This document shows, piece by piece, positions 28,537 through 39,189 of a DNA stretch of 64,000 nucleotides (position 1 is the first letter of the stretch; every line of letters begins with the position of its first letter). The position numbers and the translations under genes are program-made. The notes beneath the pieces are model-generated. The model saw nothing but the letters and a program-made list of their open reading frames with translations. It was not told the origin of the DNA and did no database searches. Location: NCBI GenBank assembly GCA_963835575.1, contig CAWIGG010000002.1:352001-416000 (forward strand). Direction: 5' to 3'. The stretch is from an uncultured Spirochaetota bacterium (GTDB lineage: Bacteria; Spirochaetota; Brevinematia; Brevinematales; JAOACQ01).

Positions 28537-28628
28537 TCCGCTAATTCACGCGAATAAAACGCGAATAAAATTTAATAATTTGTATAAAACAGACTCTATA
28601 TTAGCGTGAATTTGCGCGGCTTAGCGGA
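28537..28628. repeat. inverted pair of triad repeats
   Basis: tccgctaattcacgcgaataaaacgcgaat vs attagcgtgaatttgcgcggcttagcgga around an AT-rich spacer. Confidence 0.65.
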
Positions 28629-28669
28629 AGACCTAAAAAATTTAAATAAAATTAATTGAGGGGATAATA

Positions 28670-30940
28670 ATGGAAATCAACGAAGCTTTTGTGTCGGAGC
28701 TGAAAGTCAGCCTGCCTGAAATTATGAAAAAGATCACAGGGGAACTCGGGATTAAACAGTACCAGACCGAAGCGGCCGTGTCCTTAATAAAGGAAGGGAA
28801 CACGATCCCTTTCATTTCCCGCTACCGCAAGGAAGCGACCGGCTCGCTGGACAAAGTGCAGGTGCGGGAGATTTCCCACCGCCTGACATACCTTGAGAAC
28901 CTGGAGGAAAGAAGACTTGAGGTCATCCGGGGGATTTTTCAGCAGGGCAAACTGACGGAGGAGCTTTATCAGAATATAGCCAAGTGCGAAACATTAACAG
29001 AACTCGAGGAGCTGTACGCCCCGTATAAAAAGAAGAAAAAGACGCGCGCGATGATCGCAATGGAAAAAGGCCTGGAAGAGCTGGCGGACCTGATGGCATC
29101 CGTCGCGGACATAGAAAAGGAAGCGCTCCGTTTTGTGGACGCGGAGAAAGGAGTGAATACCGCTGAGGAAGCCCTTCAGGGCGCGATGGACATCCTCGCT
29201 GAGCGGATGGCTCAGGACATGGACAACCGCAAGGCCCTGTGGGATTTTATGACTTCCTCGGGCGAGATTACAATAACCGGCAAAAAGGACGCCGAAAAGA
29301 GCGTTTATAAAATGTATTACGAATACCGCGAGCCCCTCAAGGAAATAAAGCCGCACCGCATTCTCGCGATCAACCGCGGAGAGCGGGAGGACGAGCTGGA
29401 TGTAAAAATAGATTTTGATGAGGAAAAAGCGAAGGAGATCATGATCTCCCGCTATAAAATAGCGAACCCCTATCATCAGTCGGCGGTTGAGGACGGTTTG
29501 AAGAGACTGCTCCAGCCTTCCGTATTGAGGAAAGTCCGCGGGACGCAGAGCGAGGCCGCCGATAAGCACGGCATCAATATCTTCGCTGAAAACCTCAAGG
29601 GGCTCTTGATGCAGAAGCCGATCAAAAGGACGCGCGTGCTGGGGATCGATCCCGGAATAAGGACGGGGACAAAGGCCGCCGCGCTGGACGAAAACGGGAA
29701 ATACCTCGGCTATTTTTTATTTTTTCAGGATAAAAAGGAAGCTTCGAAAAAGGCTATCGCTGAAGCCGTGAAAAAATACAATGTTGAGCTTATCGCCGTA
29801 GGGAACGGAACGGGTTCCCATGAGGTGCAGGAAGTCGTCGCCGAGGCGATCACGGAATTCGATTTGCCCGTGGAATACACAGTCGTCTCGGAAGACGGGG
29901 CTTCCGTCTATTCCGCGTCGGAGATCGCCGGGGAGGAATTCCCGGACCTTGACCTGACCATCCGGGGAGCGATTTCCATCGCGAGGAGACTTCAGGACCC
30001 GCTGGCCGAATTTGTCAAGATCGACCCGAAGTCCATCGGCGTCGGGCTTTACCAGCATGATGTGGACCAGAAGGCGCTGTCGCAGACCCTGGACGAAGTG
30101 GTCGAGTCCGTTGTGAACAATGTCGGCGTGAATATCAACACAGCGTCTTACGCGCTGCTCCGCTACGTTTCAGGCATCACCGCCTCGCTTTCCAGGAACA
30201 TTGTCGAATTCAGGGATAAAACCGGCATCATCCGCTCGCGCGATGAGCTGAGGAAAATTTCCGGCTTCGGTGATAAAACATTCGAGCAGGCGGCCGGTTT
30301 TCTGAAAGTGCCGGAAAGCAGGGAAGCCCTGGATAATACATGGGTGCATCCCGAGAATTACGCCGCCGCGAGGGAAATTCTTCAGGACATAAAAGAGAAC
30401 CGGGAAATAACCAAAGAGAAAAAAACCGCCCTGATGGAGAAGTACGGCATCGGCGAGACAACGGTCCTGGATATCATCGGCGAGCTCAAAAAGCCGAACA
30501 GGGACCCGCGCGAGGATTATCCCGCGCCCATCCTTCAGAAAGGCGTCGTGCATTTTGAGGACCTTAAGGCCGGTATGTCTGTTAAGGGCAAGGTGAAGAA
30601 CGTTGTGGATTTCGGCGCTTTTGTCGACATCGGCATAAAGGAAACGGCGCTCCTGCACATCTCGCAGTTCAGCGATAATTATGTCAGGAACCCGCTGGAG
30701 ATCCTTAAGGTCGGCGATGTCAGGGAATTCAAGATTATTGAGATAGACGCCATGCGCAAGCGTATTTCACTCTCGTTAAAAAAGGACCCTTTCGCTTCGC
30801 CGGCGCCGGTAAAACATGCGGAAAAGGTTGAGAGAAAACCGGAGCCTGAAAAGAAACCGGCCCCGCGTGTTCCGGTCCAGAAAACGCCGCCGGCCGGAAC
30901 GATAGGGAGTTTCCTCAAGCGGCCGCTTGATTTTAAATAA
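28670..30940 (+). CDS. tex: Tex family RNA-binding transcriptional accessory protein
   Basis: TIPFISRYRKEATG, GIDPG.RTG, GASVYSAS, RRLQDPL, HhH, S1 (VVDFGAFVDIG). Confidence 0.95.
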   Translation: MEINEAFVSELKVSLPEIMKKITGELGIKQYQTEAAVSLIKEGNTIPFISRYRKEATGSLDKVQVREISHRLTYLENLEERRLEVIRGIFQQGKLTEELYQNIAKCETLTELEELYAPYKKKKKTRAMIAMEKGLEELADLMASVADIEKEALRFVDAEKGVNTAEEALQGAMDILAERMAQDMDNRKALWDFMTSSGEITITGKKDAEKSVYKMYYEYREPLKEIKPHRILAINRGEREDELDVKIDFDEEKAKEIMISRYKIANPYHQSAVEDGLKRLLQPSVLRKVRGTQSEAADKHGINIFAENLKGLLMQKPIKRTRVLGIDPGIRTGTKAAALDENGKYLGYFLFFQDKKEASKKAIAEAVKKYNVELIAVGNGTGSHEVQEVVAEAITEFDLPVEYTVVSEDGASVYSASEIAGEEFPDLDLTIRGAISIARRLQDPLAEFVKIDPKSIGVGLYQHDVDQKALSQTLDEVVESVVNNVGVNINTASYALLRYVSGITASLSRNIVEFRDKTGIIRSRDELRKISGFGDKTFEQAAGFLKVPESREALDNTWVHPENYAAAREILQDIKENREITKEKKTALMEKYGIGETTVLDIIGELKKPNRDPREDYPAPILQKGVVHFEDLKAGMSVKGKVKNVVDFGAFVDIGIKETALLHISQFSDNYVRNPLEILKVGDVREFKIIEIDAMRKRISLSLKKDPFASPAPVKHAEKVERKPEPEKKPAPRVPVQKTPPAGTIGSFLKRPLDFK

Positions 30941-30998
30941 AATTTAGTTTACGAAAAATAGAATTTTCACAGGAAGACATGAGGCGCCAACGGGGGTA

Positions 30999-31127
30999 AG
31001 CCACAGAATTTCACAGAAACACACTGAAATAAAAAAATTTAATAAGAATTATTCGTAATAAATAGTTCTAATATTTTTAAATAAATTAAAAAAAACAATT
31101 CCGTGCTTTTCTGTGTCATTCTGTGGC
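30999..31127. mobile_element. 129-bp gene-less derivative of the GxxExxY cassette
   Basis: 30999-31019 identical to 25247-25267 (21 bp); 31097-31127 identical to 25737-25767 (31 bp); itself inside outer IR tttcacaggaag / cttcctgtggaaa. Confidence 0.75.
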
Positions 31128-31239
31128 CGGAATCTGTCCTTTCGTTCCTTCCTGTGGAAAATAAAAGAATATTTACAACTTTCATTTCTTGACTGATTTC
31201 CGCTTTCTGTTTAATCTATCAGAGTCGGAGTAAAGTCTT

Positions 31240-32622
31240 ATGGTTTATGATTTAATCATAGTCGGCGCCGGTCCAGCGGGGATTTTCGCGGCGATGGAGC
31301 TGACAAAAAACAGCCCGGAAATGAAAGTCCTGATCCTGGAAAAGGGGCGCTCCATCGAAAAACGCGTCTGCCCGAAAAGAAAAACAGATGTCTGCGCGGA
31401 GTGCGATCCCTGCAGCATCACGGCCGGATTTTCCGGAAGCGGCGCCTACAGCGACGGAAAGCTTTCGCTTTCGCCCGATGTGGGCGGCGAGATCCCTCAA
31501 ATCATCGGTAATGATAAAACAAAAGAAATGATTAATTATGTCGATTCGATCTATCTTTCATTCGGCGCCGATAAAAAGGTATACGGGCTGGATAAGGCCG
31601 ACGTGATCGAAAGGCTCCGCACAAAGGCGATTAAAAGTAACCTCAAGCTCATCGAATGTCCCATCCGCCATCTGGGGACTGAGGAAAGCTACTCGATTTA
31701 TAAAAAGTTACAGAAAAAGCTCCTCGAACAGGGGATTGAGCTTTCGTTTGAGAACCCTGTAAAGGACCTGATTGTCCGGAAGGGCGTTGTGAAGGGAGTA
31801 ATGGCGGACAAAGAATACGAGGGGAAAAATGTTCTGCTTGCTGCCGGAAGGGAAGGGTCTGACTGGCTTTCGGGGATCGGTAAAAAATACCGTCTTAATA
31901 TGGAAACCGGTCCTGTAGATATCGGCGTGCGGATCGAGGTCAGGAACGAAGTCATGAAAGAGATAAACGAGTCTCTCTACGAAGGCAAGCTGGTATACTA
32001 CACGCCGACTTTTGACGATAAGGTCAGGACGTTCTGCCAGAACCCTTCAGGCCACGTCAGTGTGGAATATTACGGAAGTCTTGCCGTCGTGAACGGGCAC
32101 AGCTACAAGGATGCGAAGCAGAAAACCCTCAATACGAATTTCGCTATACTTGTGTCCAATTATTTTACAAAGCCTTTTCATAATCCGATAGAATACGGAA
32201 AATACATCGCCGGACTGGGGAATATGCTTTCGGGCAATAAAATCATCGTCCAGAGGCATGGCGATTTCAAGAGGGGAAGGAGAACGACGCCGGAAAGGCT
32301 CGAACGGAATAATATCCATCCGACCCTGCATGACGCGCTCCCCGGGGACCTCAGCCTTGTCATACCCTACCGCATCATGCTCGATATCAAGGAGATGATA
32401 GAGGCGCTGGACACGATAGTGCCCGGCGTGGCGGGAGACGAAACGCTGATCTACGGAGTGGAGGTGAAGTTCTATTCCAGCAGGATCCAGACCGATAATA
32501 ATTTCGAGACAAATATTAAAAATCTCTACGCCGCGGGCGACGGGGCCGGGATCACCCGCGGGCTGATGCAGGCGAGCGTGAACGGAGCGTATATCGGTCG
32601 ATATCTGGCAGGCGGTAAATAA
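31240..32622 (+). CDS. NAD(P)/FAD-dependent oxidoreductase
   Basis: IVGAGPAG, CPK...C..C.PC, GAYSDGKL, VRTFC.NP, GDGAGITRGL. Confidence 0.88.
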   Translation: MVYDLIIVGAGPAGIFAAMELTKNSPEMKVLILEKGRSIEKRVCPKRKTDVCAECDPCSITAGFSGSGAYSDGKLSLSPDVGGEIPQIIGNDKTKEMINYVDSIYLSFGADKKVYGLDKADVIERLRTKAIKSNLKLIECPIRHLGTEESYSIYKKLQKKLLEQGIELSFENPVKDLIVRKGVVKGVMADKEYEGKNVLLAAGREGSDWLSGIGKKYRLNMETGPVDIGVRIEVRNEVMKEINESLYEGKLVYYTPTFDDKVRTFCQNPSGHVSVEYYGSLAVVNGHSYKDAKQKTLNTNFAILVSNYFTKPFHNPIEYGKYIAGLGNMLSGNKIIVQRHGDFKRGRRTTPERLERNNIHPTLHDALPGDLSLVIPYRIMLDIKEMIEALDTIVPGVAGDETLIYGVEVKFYSSRIQTDNNFETNIKNLYAAGDGAGITRGLMQASVNGAYIGRYLAGGK

Positions 32623-32627
32623 GACAT

Positions 32628-34508
32628 ATGAAAAAAGTCCATTTTGTAAAAACAATCGTCCTTATCAATATTATCATACCTTTTGTATTTTTCCTTTATG
32701 ACCAGATCATATCCAGGGTATATAATACGGGAATTAAAATGTCCCTCCAGGGCAGGTTTTTGCTCTCGACGCAGAAAAACGAGTTTCTCTGGATCTATCT
32801 GGTCATTGCCGTTCCTGCGGCCGTCTTTATCGGGCTGTATCTGTTTAAAATAAAAGAAGCCGTAAATGACAGCAGTCTGGTCCAGGTGGCGCAGACCAGG
32901 ATTACCCGGCTCCCTGCGATCATCATTTTTATTTATATCCTGGGTTTTTTATCCGGCCCGGTTGTCGCCTTTGCGGCGGCTTCGGCCATCAAACTGAATG
33001 AACTGGCTTATATCCTTGCCGTTTCATTCTTCGGGGGGCTTCTTGCCGTTTCGTTTTCCCTGATCCTGATGGACCTGGCGCTCTTCCATGCCAAGCAGGC
33101 CCTGAGCATGCATATCCTGGGCGGAAAAGGCAAGGAATTATCGCTGGTCGTCAAATTCCTGCTGGCGGTCGTTTCGATGGCCGGACTCTCCTGTTCGGTC
33201 TCGCTGGTGATCGGGAATTATTACCTGGTCAAAGGGCCGGCCGCCGATACGGGGCCTTACCTTTATAATATGGTCCTGCATAACGGGATCATTTTATTCT
33301 TCGGTGTTATTCTGATCATTCTTCTGACTGTCAATCTTTTGATGATGATATCCCATATGCGGAAGTCAGTCAAGAGCATAATCGAGGGAAAAGGCGACCT
33401 CAGCAGACGGATAAATATCGCCAGCTTTGACGAAGTCGGAATGCTCGCTTCGGATTTTAACGCACTTTTCATTTTTCTTGACGGGATGATCGGCAGGATT
33501 AAAAGAATATCCGTCGATATGAACGAATCCCAGCGGCTTCTGCTGGAATCCGTCGGCAGCACGCGCCAGATTTTTGAAAGCTTTGTCGATTCCATCGGCC
33601 AGGTCATAGAGGGCATCGAACAGGAATTTCAGCAGTCGGAAAAATTAAACACGGCCGCCATGAACACTTTTGAATCAAGCGAGATGATAAAAAATTCCGT
33701 TTTGAAACAGCAGGGAGCGATTGAATTATCTGTTGATTCCACTCAGAAGGTGGCCGGCATCATAAAAAAGGTGACGGATGTCGCGGAGGACTTGAAAAAG
33801 AACATCGGCGGCCTTTCAAAACAGGTCCACCAGGGGAAGGCAAGCCTTCAGGGCTCCATAGAGTCCATCCGGATCATGAGCAATTCATCCAGATCGCTCC
33901 TGGAATTGAACCACCTGATTTCGGATATTTCCGACAGGATCAAGATCCTCTCGCTGAACGCTTCGATCGAGGCCGTGAACGCCGGGAGAGCCGGCGAGGG
34001 CTTTGTGGTGGTGGCCCGCGAGGTCAAGAAGCTTTCCGACGAGAGCGCTCGGAATGTCAAGAATATTGAAAAAACAATGATTAAAATGAATCAGAATGTG
34101 ATCGACAGTTCTTCCCAGATCTCTAAAACCGGGGAAATAATCGAAGGGGCGTTTCAAAAGATCGAGTATTTCATACAGTCCCTGGAAATCATCATTACCT
34201 CGATGGAAGAGGAAAAAAATACGACAAAAACAATCATCGAGGCCGCCGAGGAAATGAAAAAGCAGGGGATGGACCTTTCCGTGACTGCGTTAAGCGGCAG
34301 GGATGAAAGCGGCAGGATGAAAAAGATCACACAGGATTTTATTTCCATTACGCAGAAGATCTATCACCTGACCGCGGCGCAGAAAGATAAAAATAAAAAC
34401 CTTTCGGAGATCAATGTCAAGCTTAAAAGCGTCGCGGATTCCCTTCAGAAATATTTCGAGGAACTGCATGACCTGCTGGAGAATTTTGTACTCACAGAAA
34501 AAGAATAA
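32628..34508 (+). CDS. methyl-accepting chemotaxis protein
   Basis: Multiple N-terminal TMs, HAMP (GDLSRRI...DEVG), LSLNASIEA.NAGRAGEGFVVVAREVKKL. Confidence 0.92.
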   Translation: MKKVHFVKTIVLINIIIPFVFFLYDQIISRVYNTGIKMSLQGRFLLSTQKNEFLWIYLVIAVPAAVFIGLYLFKIKEAVNDSSLVQVAQTRITRLPAIIIFIYILGFLSGPVVAFAAASAIKLNELAYILAVSFFGGLLAVSFSLILMDLALFHAKQALSMHILGGKGKELSLVVKFLLAVVSMAGLSCSVSLVIGNYYLVKGPAADTGPYLYNMVLHNGIILFFGVILIILLTVNLLMMISHMRKSVKSIIEGKGDLSRRINIASFDEVGMLASDFNALFIFLDGMIGRIKRISVDMNESQRLLLESVGSTRQIFESFVDSIGQVIEGIEQEFQQSEKLNTAAMNTFESSEMIKNSVLKQQGAIELSVDSTQKVAGIIKKVTDVAEDLKKNIGGLSKQVHQGKASLQGSIESIRIMSNSSRSLLELNHLISDISDRIKILSLNASIEAVNAGRAGEGFVVVAREVKKLSDESARNVKNIEKTMIKMNQNVIDSSSQISKTGEIIEGAFQKIEYFIQSLEIIITSMEEEKNTTKTIIEAAEEMKKQGMDLSVTALSGRDESGRMKKITQDFISITQKIYHLTAAQKDKNKNLSEINVKLKSVADSLQKYFEELHDLLENFVLTEKE

Positions 34509-34551
34509 TAACGAAGCATGATACTGAGGGAGAAGGGTTTTATAAGCAAGA

Positions 34552-34571
34552 AGCCGTCATTGCTGACGGCT
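34552..34571. terminator. hairpin between convergent genes
   Basis: agccgtca-ttgc-tgacggct. Confidence 0.5.
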
Positions 34572-34648
34572 GTTGTGCTCAAATTATTAAGTTTTTCAGT
34601 TAACCTATGTTATTTAATAATCACACTAGATAAGAATAACAAAACTGT

Positions 34649-35677
34649 TTAAGCATTATCAAGATACCACTTCACCGTCTTCACGATCCCGGTCTCAAAA
34701 TTCTCCTCCGCGCTCCAGCCCAGCTCCCGTTCGATCTTGGAGGCGTCGATGGCGTAGCGCCTGTCGTGCCCGGCGCGGTCTTCGACAAAAGCGATCAGCT
34801 CTTTATAGGAACGGCCGTCCTGCCGGGGTTTTTCACCGTCGAGGATTTCACAGATCTTCCCGGCGATGTAGAGGTTGGTCCTTTCATTCCTGCCGCCGAT
34901 ATTGTATGTCTCGCCGCTGACGCCCTTATGAAAGGCGGTATCGATTCCCGTACAATGGTCCAGGACATACAGCCAGTCGCGGACATTTCGCCCGTCGCCG
35001 TAGATTGGAATGGGCTGAAGGCTTAAAGCGGTGCGGATGATCGTAGGTATGAGTTTTTCCCGGTGTTGTTTCGGACCGTAATTATTCGAGCAGTTGGTTG
35101 TGACTGTATTCATGCCGTAAGTGTGATGATAGGCCCGGACGATCATATCGCTCGAGGCTTTGGAGGCGCTATAGGGGGAGTTCGGCGCGTAGGACGTCTG
35201 CTCCGTAAAGAGCCCCGTCTCCGGAAGGCTTCCGTACACTTCATCCGTTGAAATATGATGAAAGCGGCAGCTGTCAAAATCTTTTTTGTATGCAAAAGGC
35301 TTTTCCATCCAGAAGAAGCGGGCGGCCTCGAGCAGCGTGAAAGTACCGGTGACGTTTGTGGCGATAAATTCGTCCGGCCGGTCGATGGAATTATCTACAT
35401 GCGATTCGGCGGCGAAGTGAATAACTCCGCGGATGTTCAGGTCATGAAAAATATGGTCCATGAGATTCCGGTTGCAGATGTCGCCCCTGATGAAATGATA
35501 CCGCGGGTTATGCTCCATCTCCTTCAGGTTTTCAAGACTGCCGGCGTAAGTGAGCTTATCAAGATTAACAATAAAATAATCGGGGTATTTACCCAGAAAA
35601 TAGGGGATGAAATTCGACCCGATGAAACCGGCGCCTCCGGTGATAAGGAGGGCTTTTAAAGAGCTGTTTTTTTTCAT
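34649..35677 (-). CDS. rfbB: dTDP-glucose 4,6-dehydratase
   Basis: TGGAGFIG, DKLTYAG, AAESHVD, STDEVYG, YSASK, NCSNNYGP. Confidence 0.97.
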   Translation of the reverse strand: MKKNSSLKALLITGGAGFIGSNFIPYFLGKYPDYFIVNLDKLTYAGSLENLKEMEHNPRYHFIRGDICNRNLMDHIFHDLNIRGVIHFAAESHVDNSIDRPDEFIATNVTGTFTLLEAARFFWMEKPFAYKKDFDSCRFHHISTDEVYGSLPETGLFTEQTSYAPNSPYSASKASSDMIVRAYHHTYGMNTVTTNCSNNYGPKQHREKLIPTIIRTALSLQPIPIYGDGRNVRDWLYVLDHCTGIDTAFHKGVSGETYNIGGRNERTNLYIAGKICEILDGEKPRQDGRSYKELIAFVEDRAGHDRRYAIDASKIERELGWSAEENFETGIVKTVKWYLDNA

Positions 35678-35857
35678 AGACTGTCCTGTTTTTAAATTCG
35701 GCTTTAAAGGTATTTTACCTTAAGTATGGAATAATATCAATTTAACCGGTTAAAGAGGAAATGTGCTGAATCGGCTTGATCCGGCTGATAAAGCATCAGC
35801 AAATTTGTCAAATTTAAAAATTGCCCCTTCACTTTTTCTATTATATAATTACCACCT

Positions 35858-36556
35858 ATGGAAGCTGTCAATAATTTATGGATCATTTTTTCCCTTTCTT
35901 TCGCGGCGGCGCTTTCGGGCGCTGTTTCTCCCGGCCCTTTCCTTGTCTATACCATCACAAAATCCATACAAAACCATAAGTCGGGCTATATGACGGGCTT
36001 TCTGGTCGTGCTTGGGCATGCCGTATTGGAGCTCGGCATCATGCTGTTTATTCTTTTCGGGCTGTCTTTCATTCTTAAGGACAAAATGGTCATCGGCATC
36101 ATCAGCCTCCTTGGCTGCGGGTTCCTGGTCTTTTTTGGAATTACACTTATTATTGATGTATTGAGAAAAAAAATTAATACGGATTTTCTGGATAAAGCCA
36201 ATGTACAGAGTCTTGTTCAAAAAGAAAATTCAAAAAGGAATGCCCTGGATAATCCCATATTAGGCGGGGTCATTGTTTCCATGTCGAACCCTTACTGGTG
36301 GATCTGGTGGGCCTCCATCGGTGCTGTTTTTATGGCAAGGTACAATATTATACCTTCCGATTTTCCCAGGACCGCCGCTTTTTATTCGGGCCATGAAATG
36401 GGCGACCTGATCTGGTATGCCCCGGTTTCCATAGCGGCGTATTTCGGCAGAAGTAAATTGAACAAAAAAATCTATTCTTTTATTCTAATCATCTGCGGGG
36501 TTTTTATGGCTTTATTCGGGTTATACCTGGCTGTTGATCCCTTTCTGAAAAAGTAA
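35858..36556 (+). CDS. LysE family transporter
   Basis: SGAVSPGP, GHAVLE, SNPYWWIWW. Confidence 0.88.
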   Translation: MEAVNNLWIIFSLSFAAALSGAVSPGPFLVYTITKSIQNHKSGYMTGFLVVLGHAVLELGIMLFILFGLSFILKDKMVIGIISLLGCGFLVFFGITLIIDVLRKKINTDFLDKANVQSLVQKENSKRNALDNPILGGVIVSMSNPYWWIWWASIGAVFMARYNIIPSDFPRTAAFYSGHEMGDLIWYAPVSIAAYFGRSKLNKKIYSFILIICGVFMALFGLYLAVDPFLKK

Positions 36557-36564
36557 AAATGATT

Positions 36565-37560
36565 TTAATGACGGAGATTTCTCACCAGCATAAAAAGGAG
36601 TGCAGATAGAGCGGCCGAACATGGAATTGTCAAAACCCAGGCCCATGCGATCTGCCTGGCTACCTGCCAGCGTACGGCCGTAAAGCGGCGCAATGTTCCG
36701 ATGCCCATAATGGAGCCGGCGATCGTCTGGGTCGTACTGACGGGAATTCCCATGAAGGTTGAAGTGAAAAGAGAAACCGCCCCGCCCAGTTCGGCGCAGA
36801 ATCCGTCCACAGGCCGCAGTTTTGCCACCTTCTGTCCCATTGTCTTGACAATCCTCCAGCCGCCGAAAATCGTGCCGAGGGACATGGAAAGATAACATGC
36901 CACGACGATCCAGAGGGGAATGTAAAATTCCTTTCCCAGCATGCCGGCGCTGAAGAGCAGGCTGGCGATGATGCCCATGGTCTTCTGCGCGTCATTTCCG
37001 CCATGTCCGATGCTGTAAAGGGCCGCTGATACCAGCTGGCCCCTGCGGAAGAAATTATCCACCTGAAGAGGGCTCCTTTTTCTGAAAATCCAGTAAACCG
37101 CCCAGCCGATCACTATTCCCAGTATCATCCCGATAACAGGGGATAAGAATACAAAAAGCATTGTTTTTATTATTCCGCTCCAGACCAGGGCGCTTGTCGT
37201 TCCCGTTTTCATCAGGGCCGAGCCGATCAGCCCGCCTATCAAAGCATGGGAGGAACTTGATGGGATTGCAAAAAACCATGTGATGAGGTTCCAGATGATG
37301 GCCCCGAGAAGCGTCGAAAAGATCAGGCTGTTGTCGACAATGGAAATATCGATGATCCCTTTGCCGATGGTGCCCGCGACATGAAGCCCGAAAAAGAAAA
37401 AAGCGACAAAATTAAAAAAAGCCGCCCAGATGACTGCGTACTTCGGGGAAAGCACCCTTGTTGATACGATAGTGGCGACTGAGTTGGCGGAGTCATGAAA
37501 ACCGTTTATAAAATCAAACGTCAGCGCCAGAAAAACGAGAAATATTACATAAAAATCCAT
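36565..37560 (-). CDS. pit: PiT inorganic phosphate transporter
   Basis: NGFHDSANSVAT, PSSSSHA, HGGNDAQK, PVSTT. Confidence 0.93.
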   Translation of the reverse strand: MDFYVIFLVFLALTFDFINGFHDSANSVATIVSTRVLSPKYAVIWAAFFNFVAFFFFGLHVAGTIGKGIIDISIVDNSLIFSTLLGAIIWNLITWFFAIPSSSSHALIGGLIGSALMKTGTTSALVWSGIIKTMLFVFLSPVIGMILGIVIGWAVYWIFRKRSPLQVDNFFRRGQLVSAALYSIGHGGNDAQKTMGIIASLLFSAGMLGKEFYIPLWIVVACYLSMSLGTIFGGWRIVKTMGQKVAKLRPVDGFCAELGGAVSLFTSTFMGIPVSTTQTIAGSIMGIGTLRRFTAVRWQVARQIAWAWVLTIPCSAALSALLFMLVRNLRH

Positions 37561-37562
37561 AG

Positions 37563-38189
37563 TTATCCCTGTTTGACAAGAATGGTTTCTATAACGTTCG
37601 CCACGTCCTCGCAGATATCAAGAACGGTTTCGGTCCCCTCATAGATCTCTTTCCATTTTATAAAAAAGATAGGCTCCGGATTGCTGTCCAGAAGCTTTCC
37701 CACCACAGCGTCTTTCAGCTGATCGCCCAGGTTCTCAAGCTTATTCACCTCAATACAGCTGTCGATGATCGGCCGTATGTTTTTAATCTTTCTGAGCCCG
37801 TTCAGGGCTTTTCCCAGAGCGGCGACAGATTGTTCAATATAATCGGCAAACTGCAGAAGGTCCTGATTTACCGCATTGAGTTTATAAAGATTAATCCTTT
37901 TGGTGATGGAATAGATCATATCGACAATATTGTCCAGCTCCTGCGCCAGCTGGTGGATATCCTCGCGGTCAAAAGGCGTGATAAAAGTCCGGTTCAGAAG
38001 GTCGATCATATCATGCGTGTTGACATCGCATTCATGTTCATAATCATGCATCCGGAGAGAATTCACATCATTAAAATTACCATTTATTGTCAATTCCCTG
38101 AAAAACTGGGAGGCTTCAAGTATTGCCTGCGTCTGTTTATCGAAAAGATCGAAAAACTTGTTTTCTTTCGGAAAGAAGCTGAAAGCCAT
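37563..38189 (-). CDS. DUF47 phosphate transport regulator
   Basis: EHECD, TFITPFDREDI, LEN.GD, DICEDVA; upstream of pit. Confidence 0.9.
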   Translation of the reverse strand: MAFSFFPKENKFFDLFDKQTQAILEASQFFRELTINGNFNDVNSLRMHDYEHECDVNTHDMIDLLNRTFITPFDREDIHQLAQELDNIVDMIYSITKRINLYKLNAVNQDLLQFADYIEQSVAALGKALNGLRKIKNIRPIIDSCIEVNKLENLGDQLKDAVVGKLLDSNPEPIFFIKWKEIYEGTETVLDICEDVANVIETILVKQG

Positions 38190-38331
38190 ATTAATCCTCC
38201 GGTAATTTTGCCTATTTAATTTGAAATTTGAAAAGTAAGAATAAAAATTATAAACTAACTGATAATGAAAAGCAAATAGATATACGGACAAAGTTGCAGT
38301 ATTAATGCTTATATCAATTTCTATCCGGGTA

Positions 38332-39189
38332 TTATTTTAATATCAGTTCCAGGCATTCTTTTAAAGAATCCCGCCAGTGGGGGATTGTGATATTGAAATC
38401 TTTTTTGATTTTCGCTTTATTCAGGACGCTGTAGGCGGGCCTCTTTGCGGGAGTCGGGTAATCCTTTGTTTCTATGGGAAAAACCGGGGTTTTGATCCCG
38501 GCAATTTCACACACCGCTTTTGCGAAGTCGTACCAGCTTGCCGCGCCTTCGTTGCTGAAGTGATAAATCTCTTTTGTATTGTCTTTAAACTGAGGAATTA
38601 TTCCCATAATCGCGGCGGCCAGGTCGCGCGCGTATGTCGGCGTGCCGGTCTGGTCATAGACAACGCGGATGCTGTCATTTTCTTTCGCCAGCCTCAGCAT
38701 CGTCTTGACAAAATTGTTCCCATAAGATGAATAAAGCCAGGATGTCCTCAGGATGATATAGCTCGGGACTTTTTTTATAATCTTTTTTTCGCCTTCATAT
38801 TTAGTCAAACCATAGTATGATAAAGGCCGGGCTTTGTCAGTTTCGAGATAGGGACTTGACTTTTTTCCGTCAAAAATAAAATCTGTTGAAATTTGGATGA
38901 TCTTAAACTCATGATTAATAGAAAGAGAGGCCAGCAGTCCGGGAGCATCGGTATTGATCAGCCGGGCGGCTTTTTTATCCGCTTCCGCTTTATCCACGGC
39001 CGTGTACGCGGCGCAGTTGATTACGATATCGGTTTTATTCTGATTGAAATAATCATCCAGGGCTTTATAATCCGTAATGTCCAGACTGCCGATATCGGTA
39101 AATAAAAAACTGTGAGCATTCTGTTTTTTTGAAAGCTCCTGTATTTCCCTCCCAAGCTGGCCGTCGGCCCCGGTGACAAGAATGGTCAT
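38332..39189 (-). CDS. rfbD: dTDP-4-dehydrorhamnose reductase
   Basis: TGADGQLG, NCAAYTAVD, YGLTK, PTYARDLA, RPAYSVL. Confidence 0.97.
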   Translation of the reverse strand: MTILVTGADGQLGREIQELSKKQNAHSFLFTDIGSLDITDYKALDDYFNQNKTDIVINCAAYTAVDKAEADKKAARLINTDAPGLLASLSINHEFKIIQISTDFIFDGKKSSPYLETDKARPLSYYGLTKYEGEKKIIKKVPSYIILRTSWLYSSYGNNFVKTMLRLAKENDSIRVVYDQTGTPTYARDLAAAIMGIIPQFKDNTKEIYHFSNEGAASWYDFAKAVCEIAGIKTPVFPIETKDYPTPAKRPAYSVLNKAKIKKDFNITIPHWRDSLKECLELILK

